From positions 8,446-72,445 of IMG/VR virus record IMGVR_UViG_3300032246_000381: DNA of 64,000 nucleotides. One strand, 5' to 3'. This stretch comes from a virus. The notes under the pieces are model-generated. The model ran no database searches. It was not told the origin of the DNA and worked only from the letters and a program-made list of their open reading frames with translations. This document shows, one piece after another, positions 36,495-46,476 of this stretch. The stretch's first letter is position 1; the number at the start of each line of letters is the position of its first letter. A program made the position numbers and the translations under genes.

Positions 36495-38852
36495 ATGTCT
36501 TATGTAATTAATAGATACAACGGAGATGAACTAGTAGTTCTAACAGATGGAACGTTAGACACGACAACTAGTTTGGGCCTTGTTGGTCGAAATTATGTTG
36601 GCTACGGCACACAACAGAACGAAAATTTCCTTTATCTATTAGAAAATTTTGCAAATGATGCGCCACCAGCAAGACCTATATCGGGTCAAACTTGGTTTAA
36701 TACCAGTAATAATTCGTTGAATGTTTACGATGGCGTTAAGTGGCATCCTGTTAGTACTGAAGTATCCGACGTAACTCCTCTAAATCCAACTGCTGGTTCT
36801 ATCTGGTTAAAAACACCAGTGAATCAACTTTATCTTTATGATGGCGCCAGTTGGGCATTTATCGGTCCAGAAGCAGTAGAAGGTTTTGGAATAACAAGAC
36901 CTCGTGCAACATCATTGATTGATTCAACACAGCGTGAACGACCTGTAATTTTATTAACAATCAACGGTACAGTAGTTGCCATTGCTTCTGAAGTAGCATT
37001 TACTATCGATCCTTCAAACGGTATTGCAGGTTTTTCAAATCTCATCGCTGGTATTACACTATCTACTTCAATGAAAGTGAAAGGTGATTTGCAAGGACTA
37101 GCAGATAGAGCAACGCAATTAGAATATGCAAGGACAATTAACGGTGTGCAGTTTAACGGCACACACGATATTACTATTACTGCATCAACTACAGGGCAGC
37201 TAATCAAAGGTAATTATCTAGTAGGTATTAACTTCAATGGTTCAACAGATTTAACTTGGTCTGTCGATGCAACACCATCCAATGTGATCGGTAAAGTTGT
37301 AGCACGTAATAGTGCAGGTGGATTTGCAGCAACATCTATTACCTCTGATCTAGTTGGTAACGTAACAGGTAATGTTACTGGTTCTACCGGTAAATTTACA
37401 GTTGTTGAAGCAACAGAATTCCGTGGGGCAACATTAACTGGTAATGCGTTTTCAGCAAGCAGATTACAAACGGCAAGATTTATTAATGGTATAAGTTTTG
37501 ATGGTACTGCTGATGTAACAGTTCCAGCAGCAGCAAACACATTAACCACAACTTCATTAGCAGCTAATGTAACATCGTCGAGTCTTAGACAGCTTGGATA
37601 TCTTGACAGTCTGTCGGTGCAAGGATCAGGCGGTGTTGGAGTCGGTAATGGCATAACAGATGCGTTAAGAATTACAGTATCTGGGTCAACAGCACAGATT
37701 AAAGGAACATCTGGATTTGATCTTAGTTTAGATGATCTATCAGTTCCCGCTGGTATAGCAGCAATTAAATTGTTAACTGCTGATCAGTCTTTAACTGCAG
37801 GTGGCGAAGCAGTTACTACTGCTTTACCGAGCGCAGATCTTCAATGGAATTTAGGTATCCCATCTAAGAGATTTAATAAATTATACTCTAAAGATATCTA
37901 CGGTGATCTAAAAGGTAATGCTACTACATCTACAACATCGATCACTGCAACCAATTTAGCAGGTGGTGGAGTCGGTTCAGTTGCCTATCAAACAACATCT
38001 GGCACAACCTCAATGCTGCCAGCAGGCACACCAGGATACACATTAGCCACAGGTGGATCAGGTGCTCCGTATTGGACACCAAACTTCCAAAGTGCTTATT
38101 TTGGAACTACACAGGTTAGCTTTAATAGAGCTAGTGGTGCGTTAACATTAAACGATGTTAGTATCACAGGAAACGCAGCTACCGTTACTAATGGTGTTTA
38201 TACTACAGGCTCTTATGTCAACCCAACTTGGCTAGCAAGTTTAAGTTGGAGCAAGATTACTGACATTAGTCTAGCTACAGTTGCAAGAACAGGCAGCTAC
38301 ACAGACCTAATTAACAAACCCGTCAGCTCTAATGCTCAACTACAGAATATCGTACAGACAGTTATTGGTACTATAGACCTTTATACAACAGCAAGCGGCG
38401 GTAGCGGCTATACCGCAGGCTATCCAGACATCAGCGGTACCGTACAAAGCTGGTCTAGCTTTACCAGTGCTCCAGTTGGTAATACTACACGAACCGGCGT
38501 GTCTATGTGGAGTGGTAATAATGCAGGCCCTACAGTTACATTAACAGTTGACCTAGCAGCATTTATGGGATTAACAAATAATCCAACAGATTTAAACTGG
38601 AAAGGCAATTACGATTTTAACGTTGCACCTAGTCTTACTCGTGTTACAGACTTACGTAATACCTATTACAGTATGGGATACGGCAATTGGGCCGTTTACA
38701 GCGAACCAGCAACTACATCAACTACTAGTCCAGCATATGGAAAGTTTTATATAACAATATCAGTCACTGATACTCATCCATACCACGGTACTAATATCCA
38801 GGCAGGTTGGCTAGGCATTGGCAGCAGAGGACGAAATGTCTACAACCCATAA
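36495..38852 (+). CDS. tail fibre protein
   Basis: Same N-terminal module; ARTINGVQFNGTHDIT and ARFINGISFDGTADVT repeats; VARTGSYTDLINKP; distinct C-terminal domain. Confidence 0.82.
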   Translation: MSYVINRYNGDELVVLTDGTLDTTTSLGLVGRNYVGYGTQQNENFLYLLENFANDAPPARPISGQTWFNTSNNSLNVYDGVKWHPVSTEVSDVTPLNPTAGSIWLKTPVNQLYLYDGASWAFIGPEAVEGFGITRPRATSLIDSTQRERPVILLTINGTVVAIASEVAFTIDPSNGIAGFSNLIAGITLSTSMKVKGDLQGLADRATQLEYARTINGVQFNGTHDITITASTTGQLIKGNYLVGINFNGSTDLTWSVDATPSNVIGKVVARNSAGGFAATSITSDLVGNVTGNVTGSTGKFTVVEATEFRGATLTGNAFSASRLQTARFINGISFDGTADVTVPAAANTLTTTSLAANVTSSSLRQLGYLDSLSVQGSGGVGVGNGITDALRITVSGSTAQIKGTSGFDLSLDDLSVPAGIAAIKLLTADQSLTAGGEAVTTALPSADLQWNLGIPSKRFNKLYSKDIYGDLKGNATTSTTSITATNLAGGGVGSVAYQTTSGTTSMLPAGTPGYTLATGGSGAPYWTPNFQSAYFGTTQVSFNRASGALTLNDVSITGNAATVTNGVYTTGSYVNPTWLASLSWSKITDISLATVARTGSYTDLINKPVSSNAQLQNIVQTVIGTIDLYTTASGGSGYTAGYPDISGTVQSWSSFTSAPVGNTTRTGVSMWSGNNAGPTVTLTVDLAAFMGLTNNPTDLNWKGNYDFNVAPSLTRVTDLRNTYYSMGYGNWAVYSEPATTSTTSPAYGKFYITISVTDTHPYHGTNIQAGWLGIGSRGRNVYNP

Positions 38853-39834
38853 ATTTAGTATTCCTTACACACAGGGAATGATTGATGTATTGCCTGATCT
38901 AGACACTGATTCGATATTAGATGTCTATTTCAGCGATAATAAGTTTGGCAGTGCTAGAAGTATTTTTAATGGCAAAGAAATGTTTGAAGAAATGTATGCC
39001 ATTAAAGCCAAGTACGGTATCAAAGTTCACTATCTAGTGAATCCAAGCCTGTATAGTAATCTATTTTATAAAAAAGTTCCAGATTTAATTGCCTATATTA
39101 AAGATATAGATGCTGATATTGTTACATTGAATAATACCTACCTTCTTAAAGCTGGTATTATTAATGATTTTAGATCAAGTAAACCGGATCTAGAATTAAA
39201 GAACAGCGTAAATAACCTAGTACGTACATTTAAAGATTTTATTTTTATGCACGAGGTTCTAGGATTAACCAGTATCATAGTTGACAGAAGTTTGAATAGA
39301 GATTTAGACACCCTTCGAAAGATGAGTGATTATGCTAAACCTAGAAACATCAAAATAACTATGCTAGTAAATGAAGGATGTATTGTTGACTGTAAATGGA
39401 AACAATGGGACGACCTGATTATCAGCCAAACACAGGATGGTGATGATAGAGAGTTTACAGATAAAGTACATTCTGAACTAGGATGTATCAGCCACTTTAA
39501 AACCACACCCGGTGAATGGCTAAAGACAGCATTTACACTACCAAACGATCTTGATAAATTCAATGGTCTAGTAGATGTTATTAAACTTGCTGGACGAGGA
39601 TTTCCAGTAGATCGATGGTATCGTGTTGTTAACGCTTATCAGACAAAAAGCGGTAATGTACAATTTGGAGAGATTTTAAGCACCACAGGTGACCTAAGTC
39701 TAGCTAGAACAACGGTAAATGAAATCACCGATCTAGGATTTAACGAATTAACAAATAATTGTAAAACAGTATGTGGTATAGAATGTAACCACTGCGATAA
39801 AGTATATGAATCATTGAAGAGGAATTTTGTATGA
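38836..39834 (+). CDS. peptidase U32 family Fe-S protein (putative hydroxylase)
   Basis: DRSLNRDL, LVNEGCIVDC, LGC, DVIKLAGR and C-terminal CKTVCGIECNHC. ATG at 38836 follows a GAGG RBS and overlaps the fibre gene end. Confidence 0.75.
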   Translation: MSTTHKFSIPYTQGMIDVLPDLDTDSILDVYFSDNKFGSARSIFNGKEMFEEMYAIKAKYGIKVHYLVNPSLYSNLFYKKVPDLIAYIKDIDADIVTLNNTYLLKAGIINDFRSSKPDLELKNSVNNLVRTFKDFIFMHEVLGLTSIIVDRSLNRDLDTLRKMSDYAKPRNIKITMLVNEGCIVDCKWKQWDDLIISQTQDGDDREFTDKVHSELGCISHFKTTPGEWLKTAFTLPNDLDKFNGLVDVIKLAGRGFPVDRWYRVVNAYQTKSGNVQFGEILSTTGDLSLARTTVNEITDLGFNELTNNCKTVCGIECNHCDKVYESLKRNFV

Positions 39835-40478
39835 TAACAGGACAAGTTACCACAGGATGGGATGCAGAGAAATTATACTCCGTTGCATACTCAACAGAAA
39901 CAAGGCTAATCAGCGGATTGTACGGTGCTATTCTTCCATTAGGAGATGTGGTGCATAGTGATACCGGAATTACCAGTCATTATATAGGTGCTATCACAAA
40001 AGATATCTACGACAATATTGCAGAAAGCATTACTACATCAAGTGCTCTAGCTTTTTGGAATCACGACAATACACTAAAAGTAAGAAAAATAATTGTAGAT
40101 TTTGATAAAGACACATTCTTAGATGAAAAGAGACATTCGATTGTGGGTCTAAATAATGTAGTTAAGTTGATTGCTAAATGTGTAGATCAACACGGTACGG
40201 TATGGAATGACATTCCGCAGGTACAGATAAAGAATATGGCGAAAAGAGAATTTGCTGTTAGCATAAACGGAGCAGATCCAGCGTCATACAAACTATCAGT
40301 TCCGTCAAATACATCAGTAGCATTTACACTACAGGATCAAGGACGAGTAACAATTAGATTTAAAGTTACGATTCCTGAACTGAGCAGTGTGTGGTTAACA
40401 GTATATCCTGAATTATATGCGTATAATACTGCTGATTTGGCAGCATTCAGTGCCTGGGCTAACAGCCAACCAAAGTAA
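39831..40478 (+). CDS. hypothetical protein
   Basis: 215-aa ORF coupled to the U32 gene by an ATGA overlap; GAGG RBS. Confidence 0.7.
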   Translation: MITGQVTTGWDAEKLYSVAYSTETRLISGLYGAILPLGDVVHSDTGITSHYIGAITKDIYDNIAESITTSSALAFWNHDNTLKVRKIIVDFDKDTFLDEKRHSIVGLNNVVKLIAKCVDQHGTVWNDIPQVQIKNMAKREFAVSINGADPASYKLSVPSNTSVAFTLQDQGRVTIRFKVTIPELSSVWLTVYPELYAYNTADLAAFSAWANSQPK

Positions 40479-40493
40479 TGTGAGAAATTCTAA

Positions 40494-40499
40494 TAAATA
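40494..40499 (+). promoter_or_regulatory. late promoter TAAATA
   Basis: TAATAAATAC in the gap before the fibre gene at 40525, followed by a GGAG RBS. Confidence 0.65.
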
Positions 40500-40524
40500 C
40501 AACGATTAAGGTGGAGCAAGCCAA

Positions 40525-42330
40525 ATGGCATATACAATAAACAAATTTAACGGTACTTTTTTAGTTACAGTACAAGACGGTACAGTAGACACTAGTACAG
40601 ACCTCAACTTAGTTGGTAAAAACTATGCCGGCTACGGTGCTATTGAAAACGAAAATCTAGTATATTTGCTAGAAAATTTTGCAAATACTAGCCCACCACC
40701 TAAATCTTTAAGCGGTCAAATATGGTACGACAGCGGTAACAAAAAATTAAGATTCTATGACGGTACACGTTTTAGAGTTGCCGGCGGTGCTGAACCTAGT
40801 ACATCGGCACCAGCAGGACTAACCGTTGGTGAATTTTGGTTTGATACAACAGCCAAGCAGTTATATACTTGGACGGGAACAGATTATGTATTAATTGGGC
40901 CACAGGCTAGTCCAGATTTAGGTGTATCTGGAGTTTCTGCACAGGTTGTTAAAGGCTTTCCGCCAGGCGTTACTACAGTTAATCAAAACTATACAATATT
41001 AAAATTACAAGCTGGCGGCAAAGTAATGGGTGTTGTCAGCCAAGACGAGTTTACTTTAGATGCATCAGTTAATACTATTACTGGGTTTGAGAATGGGATC
41101 AAGAAAGGTCTTACATTAATCAATACATCATCGACTGGTGTAACAACAAATTCAAACTATTTCTGGGGAACAGCCAGTAACACATTACGATTCGGTGGAG
41201 AACTTCCTACTTCCTACGTAAAGAAAACAGATCCGTTTACTTCCGAGGTTGTATTTAAGAACCCAGGTTTTACATTAGGCGATAATAGCGATTTACGTTT
41301 ATTCATCGATGGCACCGAAGGTGCATTGCTTGAGCATAGATTAGGTTATCCGATCAGTGTAAGAATCAACGTATCTGATATAGATAAAAGAATTGTTGCA
41401 AGATTCGATCAGGACGGACTATACCCAGGTGAGGATAATGCGTATACACTAGGAACAGCGGGATTGAGATGGGGCGATGTTTTCGGTAAAGATATATATG
41501 CTACATTATTTCACGGAGATCTAACAGGTAATGTAGCAGGAAATGTTACTGGAAATATAATTGCAACTAACACTAATATTTTGGTTAATGCCTCTACTGC
41601 ACAGATTGGCTATGACGGTGCAACACTACGAGGTAACTTAGTCGGATCGGTAACAGGTACACTAACAGGAACTGCAACAAATGCAACTACTGTATCAAGT
41701 TTTGTTCCTTCGATCCAAATTCCAACATTATCGGCTACAGTACTTGATAAGAAATCAGTACCAGTTAGAGATGAAAGCGGTAATCTTTATGCAACACAAT
41801 TTATTGGCACAGCTAATCAAGCTGACAGATTAAAAATTAACGATGCCGCAGCAGATACTGATCCGGTATATCGTTCGGCAAAAACTACAGCAACAGGAAA
41901 TACCATCGCTGCTAGAACTGCTGGCGGAAATCTATTAGCAGTTCTATTTGATGGTACAGCAACAGCAGCTAGATACGCTGACTTGGCAGAAAAATATTTG
42001 TCAGATGCAGAATATACTGTTGGTACGGTAGTGATGATTGGCGGTGAAAAAGAAATTACAGCCTGCACCTGGGGCAAACGTGCTATTGGTGTAATTAGTG
42101 AAAATCCAGCGTTTATGATGAACAAAGATTTAGAAGGCGGTGTTTATGTTGCACTCAAAGGTCGAGTTCCAGTTAAGGTAATTGGTCGCATCAAGAAAGG
42201 CGATGACCTAATTGCAACTAATGACGGTTGTGCAATGATGGCAGTTCCACACGCTAGTGGTGTTTTTGCAGTTGCACTCGAAAGCAGCGATGATGAAGGT
42301 GTAAAAGTTGTTGAAGCGTTGGTGTTATAA
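40525..42330 (+). CDS. tail fibre with C-terminal intramolecular-chaperone (peptidase G2-like auto-cleaving) domain
   Basis: Shared N-terminal module; C-terminal YADLAEKY..GTVVMIGG..IGVIS..PAFMMN..VALKGRVPVKV. Confidence 0.85.
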   Translation: MAYTINKFNGTFLVTVQDGTVDTSTDLNLVGKNYAGYGAIENENLVYLLENFANTSPPPKSLSGQIWYDSGNKKLRFYDGTRFRVAGGAEPSTSAPAGLTVGEFWFDTTAKQLYTWTGTDYVLIGPQASPDLGVSGVSAQVVKGFPPGVTTVNQNYTILKLQAGGKVMGVVSQDEFTLDASVNTITGFENGIKKGLTLINTSSTGVTTNSNYFWGTASNTLRFGGELPTSYVKKTDPFTSEVVFKNPGFTLGDNSDLRLFIDGTEGALLEHRLGYPISVRINVSDIDKRIVARFDQDGLYPGEDNAYTLGTAGLRWGDVFGKDIYATLFHGDLTGNVAGNVTGNIIATNTNILVNASTAQIGYDGATLRGNLVGSVTGTLTGTATNATTVSSFVPSIQIPTLSATVLDKKSVPVRDESGNLYATQFIGTANQADRLKINDAAADTDPVYRSAKTTATGNTIAARTAGGNLLAVLFDGTATAARYADLAEKYLSDAEYTVGTVVMIGGEKEITACTWGKRAIGVISENPAFMMNKDLEGGVYVALKGRVPVKVIGRIKKGDDLIATNDGCAMMAVPHASGVFAVALESSDDEGVKVVEALVL

Positions 42331-42332
42331 TT

Positions 42333-43274
42333 ATGGTACAAACTGTAGCAACGGCATCTGGTGATCCAATTGGCGCACTAGACTACAATACTATTAGGAA
42401 TAAAATTATTCCTATTATCGGTGTCGGATCTGCTGACAAAGGCTATGGACAGGCTGTACAAAGCACAGCGGTATTTGAAAGAAACGTTGCAACTAAAGCT
42501 CAATGGGATGCACTGCGTTTTGATATTCTTAACGCAAAACTACATCAAGATGGCGTGATTCCTGCAATAGTAGAAATACAAAAAACAACGCCGATTAGAT
42601 TCGGGCCTGGAAATCCAAATACTGACTACAGTATATTATCCGATATTGCAGTAAGTAATAGATTTACAGTGGCTCCTGGGCAGACAGTACTAAGTGCAAA
42701 AGCCAATAGAACTTTGGAAACAGCCTGGAGTACATTGGCAAGTTGTGAATTAACTTTGACTTTTCTAAACAGTAATGACGCTAGATATTTTTTTAATAGC
42801 GGCGGCAAAATTAAATTTACTTCGACCAGAACCGGCGGAGCTCTTACAGCACAAAATGGTGCCTGGACATCTTTATTGTCAACAGTCGGTACACAGGCAT
42901 TTAGTGCCGATCCAAATTTAATAGTTAATTTCTATAAATTAACAGATAGCTATCAGACATTTTATGTTAGATCATCTAGCACACCATACTCGGATAATAG
43001 TTTTAAACTAGAAGCTAAATCAAATGTTGCTGACAATATCGGCGGCACAGCATCACAGGTGACAATTAAAATCAGTTGGCTTGATTCTTATGTAGATCCA
43101 GACACACTGGCTGCACCAGGATCATATCCTGCAAGTACACCGCCTGGAGACGTAGTTGACGGTATTTTATCTATCAACGTCGAAGAAACAAAAGCATCTG
43201 GAACACTGTATCCGTATGGTGGGTTTACTATCACAAGTCCTACATATTCACTATCTGCAATTTCATATACTTGA
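42333..43274 (+). CDS. virion structural protein (fibre-associated)
   Basis: GYGQ and ARYFFNSGGKIKF..RTGG motifs; paralogous to the C-terminal half of the next gene. Confidence 0.72.
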   Translation: MVQTVATASGDPIGALDYNTIRNKIIPIIGVGSADKGYGQAVQSTAVFERNVATKAQWDALRFDILNAKLHQDGVIPAIVEIQKTTPIRFGPGNPNTDYSILSDIAVSNRFTVAPGQTVLSAKANRTLETAWSTLASCELTLTFLNSNDARYFFNSGGKIKFTSTRTGGALTAQNGAWTSLLSTVGTQAFSADPNLIVNFYKLTDSYQTFYVRSSSTPYSDNSFKLEAKSNVADNIGGTASQVTIKISWLDSYVDPDTLAAPGSYPASTPPGDVVDGILSINVEETKASGTLYPYGGFTITSPTYSLSAISYT

Positions 43275-43280
43275 TAGTGT

Positions 43281-43286
43281 TAAATA
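43281..43286 (+). promoter_or_regulatory. late promoter TAAATA
   Basis: In the gap 23 nt upstream of the ATG at 43310. Confidence 0.6.
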
Positions 43287-43309
43287 ACAGCCCAAGCAGA
43301 ATTTAAAAA

Positions 43310-45268
43310 ATGGCCTTAAACACACTAACATTTACTACAAGCACAACGTGGACAGTACCGGCAGGATTGTCAGTAATCGACACGGTATTTGTTGTTGGCG
43401 GAGGTGGTTCAGGCGGCACAAATCGTGGCGGCGGCGGAGCCGGCGGCCAAGTAGTATTAACAACTAACGTAGTAGTTGGAGCTACGGTTACAGTTACAGT
43501 TGGCGGAAGCAATCAAGCATCAGCATTCGGATCAGTAACAGCAGCAGCAGGCGCAGCAGGTGCATCAAATGCAGGTGCTGGTGGCTCTACAAGTTCAGTA
43601 TTAAAAGGAGTAACCGCAAACTATTATGGCGGAGCAGCATATGGTTATACACCGCCAGGCCCAATTGCCGCAAGGTATGATGGTGGTGGTGGTGCAGGTG
43701 CTGGTCAAAGCGGGTATAATGCCGGCAACTATCCAGGTCGTGGTGGAGACGGATATCGATGGCCTACAACTGGTACCTATTATGGTGGCGGTGGTGGTGG
43801 TGGGGCTGACTCTACTACAACTACAGGTATAGCTAATGTTAGTGCTCCAGCAGCACAAGGCGGTGGCGGCGTAGGTGCAATTAGTGGCGGTGGCGGAGCC
43901 GGCGGAGCAAACTTAGGCGGTGGAGGCGGTGGAGGCGGCGACTCAGCAGGAGGCGGCGCAGGAGGAACAGGGGTTGTTATCATACAATACTTTGATCCTG
44001 TATATACGCTGTCATTAAATCAGCCTGGTGTCAGTGAAGGCGAAACCCTTACAGTTACTCTAAAAACCCAATATGTTACCAATGGGTCAGTTATAGCATT
44101 TACTCTTTCCGGTGGTGGTGTTACTGGCAGCGATTTTGCAGGCGGCCTAACAGGCAGCATTACTATAACCAGTACCGATGGCGGAATTACAGGAACTGGT
44201 TCAACAACAATTACATTAGTTAATGATAGTACTACAGAAGGTAATGAAGTTGTAGTACTATCATTAATAAACGGAAAAGCAGCGATAACATTTTTAGTCG
44301 GCGATTCTTCAATCGGTAACATTAGCAATGTTCTTTCAAAGACAATTTCGCAGTCGGATTATAATCTTATTCGTGCAAAAGTAGTTGGTGTACTAGGTTC
44401 AGGTGTAGGGAATTCGGGATGGGGACAAATCGTTCAGAGTTCAGCAGTTGCCGAAGGTACTACAGTTTCTATCAAAGAATGGAGCAGACTCAAATACGAT
44501 ATTTTTAATTCGTGGCTACATCTGTATAATACAACACCTTCATTGACAGCAATATCCGAAGGTAATTTAGTTAGAGCCAATGCGATAAACTCACCATATT
44601 CGCAATACGATAGTTATGCTAATGTTATTGTATCTAATAGAATGAATTCTCCGGGTACTGGTCAATACATTACACGTTCGACCCCGCCAGCATCACGGAC
44701 AGAAGTATGGGTAGCAAATTATAATACTCCTTGGGCTGCAAGACTAAGCACCATAGTTAGTGCTTCGTGGAGTAATGGAGATGCTGCTAGATATTTCTTT
44801 AACAGTGGCGGAGAACTACGTTTCACAACCAGTCGCACAGGCGGCACAGGCAGTACACAGAATCTGTCCTGGACCACACTATTACAGAATGTAGGAACAG
44901 TGAGATTTGGAGGCGCGATTCCAGGTGGCGTAGTATCAAGCGGAGTTGGAAATTTTTACAGTTTAACAAATACATTCCAAACATTCTTTACAGTAGCATC
45001 ATCAAATCCGTATTCAAATAACTCGTTTAAAATGTCAGCCAGAACACCGGGTGTAAACAATGTAAACGGTGGAGCAACATCATTAGAAATTCAAGTCGAA
45101 TGGCTAGATGATCATCTTGGTATTGCTGGCGGCCCTGACTCCATTGACGGAATTATTCAATTAGTAGTTTCTACATTGGAAGCCTCAGGACTACTGCAAC
45201 CAAGCGGCACTGGAAACTTTACAGTAGAATGTCCGGTTATCAGCACCTTTACAATTCTTAACGGTTAA
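43310..45268 (+). CDS. glycine-rich virion protein (Gly-rich domain + Ig/Calx-beta-like domain + paralogue of the 42333 protein)
   Basis: FTTSTTWTVPAG..VVGGGGSGG..GGTGVVIIQY Gly-rich domain; VSEGE..NDSTTEGNE Ig-like segment; ARYFFNSGGELRF. Confidence 0.8.
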   Translation: MALNTLTFTTSTTWTVPAGLSVIDTVFVVGGGGSGGTNRGGGGAGGQVVLTTNVVVGATVTVTVGGSNQASAFGSVTAAAGAAGASNAGAGGSTSSVLKGVTANYYGGAAYGYTPPGPIAARYDGGGGAGAGQSGYNAGNYPGRGGDGYRWPTTGTYYGGGGGGGADSTTTTGIANVSAPAAQGGGGVGAISGGGGAGGANLGGGGGGGGDSAGGGAGGTGVVIIQYFDPVYTLSLNQPGVSEGETLTVTLKTQYVTNGSVIAFTLSGGGVTGSDFAGGLTGSITITSTDGGITGTGSTTITLVNDSTTEGNEVVVLSLINGKAAITFLVGDSSIGNISNVLSKTISQSDYNLIRAKVVGVLGSGVGNSGWGQIVQSSAVAEGTTVSIKEWSRLKYDIFNSWLHLYNTTPSLTAISEGNLVRANAINSPYSQYDSYANVIVSNRMNSPGTGQYITRSTPPASRTEVWVANYNTPWAARLSTIVSASWSNGDAARYFFNSGGELRFTTSRTGGTGSTQNLSWTTLLQNVGTVRFGGAIPGGVVSSGVGNFYSLTNTFQTFFTVASSNPYSNNSFKMSARTPGVNNVNGGATSLEIQVEWLDDHLGIAGGPDSIDGIIQLVVSTLEASGLLQPSGTGNFTVECPVISTFTILNG

Positions 45269-45309
45269 AATATTCTCAGACTAGTAGGATACTGATAAGT
45301 ATCTGAACA

Positions 45310-46404
45310 ATGTATCAATATCACGAAATTACATCATTAAGTCTTGAAGTCACAAGCAAGTGCCAAGCACGTTGTCCTATGTGTGCTAGGAATTATCACG
45401 GTGATGTAGAAAATCCGTTGTTACCTATAAATGATATTCCTATCGACCTATTAAAACAAATAATTCCTGTAGATTTTGTTAAGCAATTAAGAGCTGTAAC
45501 AATATGCGGAAATTTCGGAGATCCAATATTATACAAGGATTTAATTTTAGCCATAGAATATTTTGCTACAAATAATCCTAGTATCTATATAGAAATAGAT
45601 ACCAACGGCAGTGCTAGAACTAAAGATTGGTGGAGAAATCTTGCAAAGGCATTACCGGATAATCACAGAGTACAATTTGGAATAGACGGACTAAGTGATA
45701 CTAACCACATATATCGAGTAGGCACTGACTATAATACTATTATTGAAAATGCCCAAGCGTTTATCGATGCGGGCGGCAAAGCAAGATGGAATTATATTAT
45801 ATTCAAACATAACCAGCATCAACTAGAACAGGCCAAGCAGATAGCCAACGATCTAGGTTTTGAAAGTTTTCGAGAAAAAGAATCTAGTAGATTTATCGGA
45901 AGTAAAAGTTATGATGTATTAGATCGCAATGGAAATGTGGCATATAAATTAGAAGCTCCTACAGAACAGCGTATAACTTTTGTTACCAAAGAAATAGTAG
46001 AAAATTATAAACAAATCTTTAGCCAAGCAACAATTAACTGCCAGGTAAAACAGACCAAAACGATACATATCAATGCTCAGGGCTATGTTTGGCCTTGTAC
46101 ATTTGTCGCAGCCATTCCTTACCTCTATGAAAAACCAGGCGAATTAGTTTATAATTATATAATGGATTCTAGAAAGAATTTAGAAGAATTTTTAGATAGT
46201 AAATTTGGCGGAATGGAATTTCTTAATTTAAGACACACTACAATTGAATCTGTCGTTAATAGTACACAATGGCAGACTGAATGGGATAAAGTATTTCGAG
46301 ATAATTCGGTATATGTATGCACTCGTGCCTGCGGTAAGTTTACTGAAGATGTTATAAGTCAATGTAGAGACCAATTTTTAGATGTACAGAACTTTATTGG
46401 ATAG
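45310..46404 (+). CDS. radical SAM enzyme with C-terminal SPASM/twitch-like Cys motifs
   Basis: CQARCPMC, GNFGDP, TNGS, GIDG; C..GYVWPC..CTRAC. Preceded by a TAAGTA late-promoter variant at 45296-45301. Confidence 0.88.
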   Translation: MYQYHEITSLSLEVTSKCQARCPMCARNYHGDVENPLLPINDIPIDLLKQIIPVDFVKQLRAVTICGNFGDPILYKDLILAIEYFATNNPSIYIEIDTNGSARTKDWWRNLAKALPDNHRVQFGIDGLSDTNHIYRVGTDYNTIIENAQAFIDAGGKARWNYIIFKHNQHQLEQAKQIANDLGFESFREKESSRFIGSKSYDVLDRNGNVAYKLEAPTEQRITFVTKEIVENYKQIFSQATINCQVKQTKTIHINAQGYVWPCTFVAAIPYLYEKPGELVYNYIMDSRKNLEEFLDSKFGGMEFLNLRHTTIESVVNSTQWQTEWDKVFRDNSVYVCTRACGKFTEDVISQCRDQFLDVQNFIG

Positions 46405-46445
46405 AGTACCGGGTTAGAAATATTTTCACCCTTAATATAGCACGG

Positions 46446-46451
46446 TAAATA
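46446..46451 (+). promoter_or_regulatory. late promoter TAAATA heading the glycosyltransferase/radical SAM operon
   Basis: GGTAAATAAAG followed by a GGAG RBS and the ATG at 46477. Confidence 0.62.
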
Positions 46452-46476
46452 AAGTGCTATGTTAATAGGAGATAAT

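Noticed and set aside
32445-45268. Diversity-generating retroelement or invertible fibre cassette
   Set aside because: No reverse transcriptase or invertase in the window, and I saw no near-identical template/variable repeat pair. Paralogue similarity is mainly at the protein level.
46405-46445. Hairpin GGGT..ACCC after the radical SAM gene as an intrinsic terminator
   Set aside because: Short imperfect stem with no clear U-tract; not supportable.
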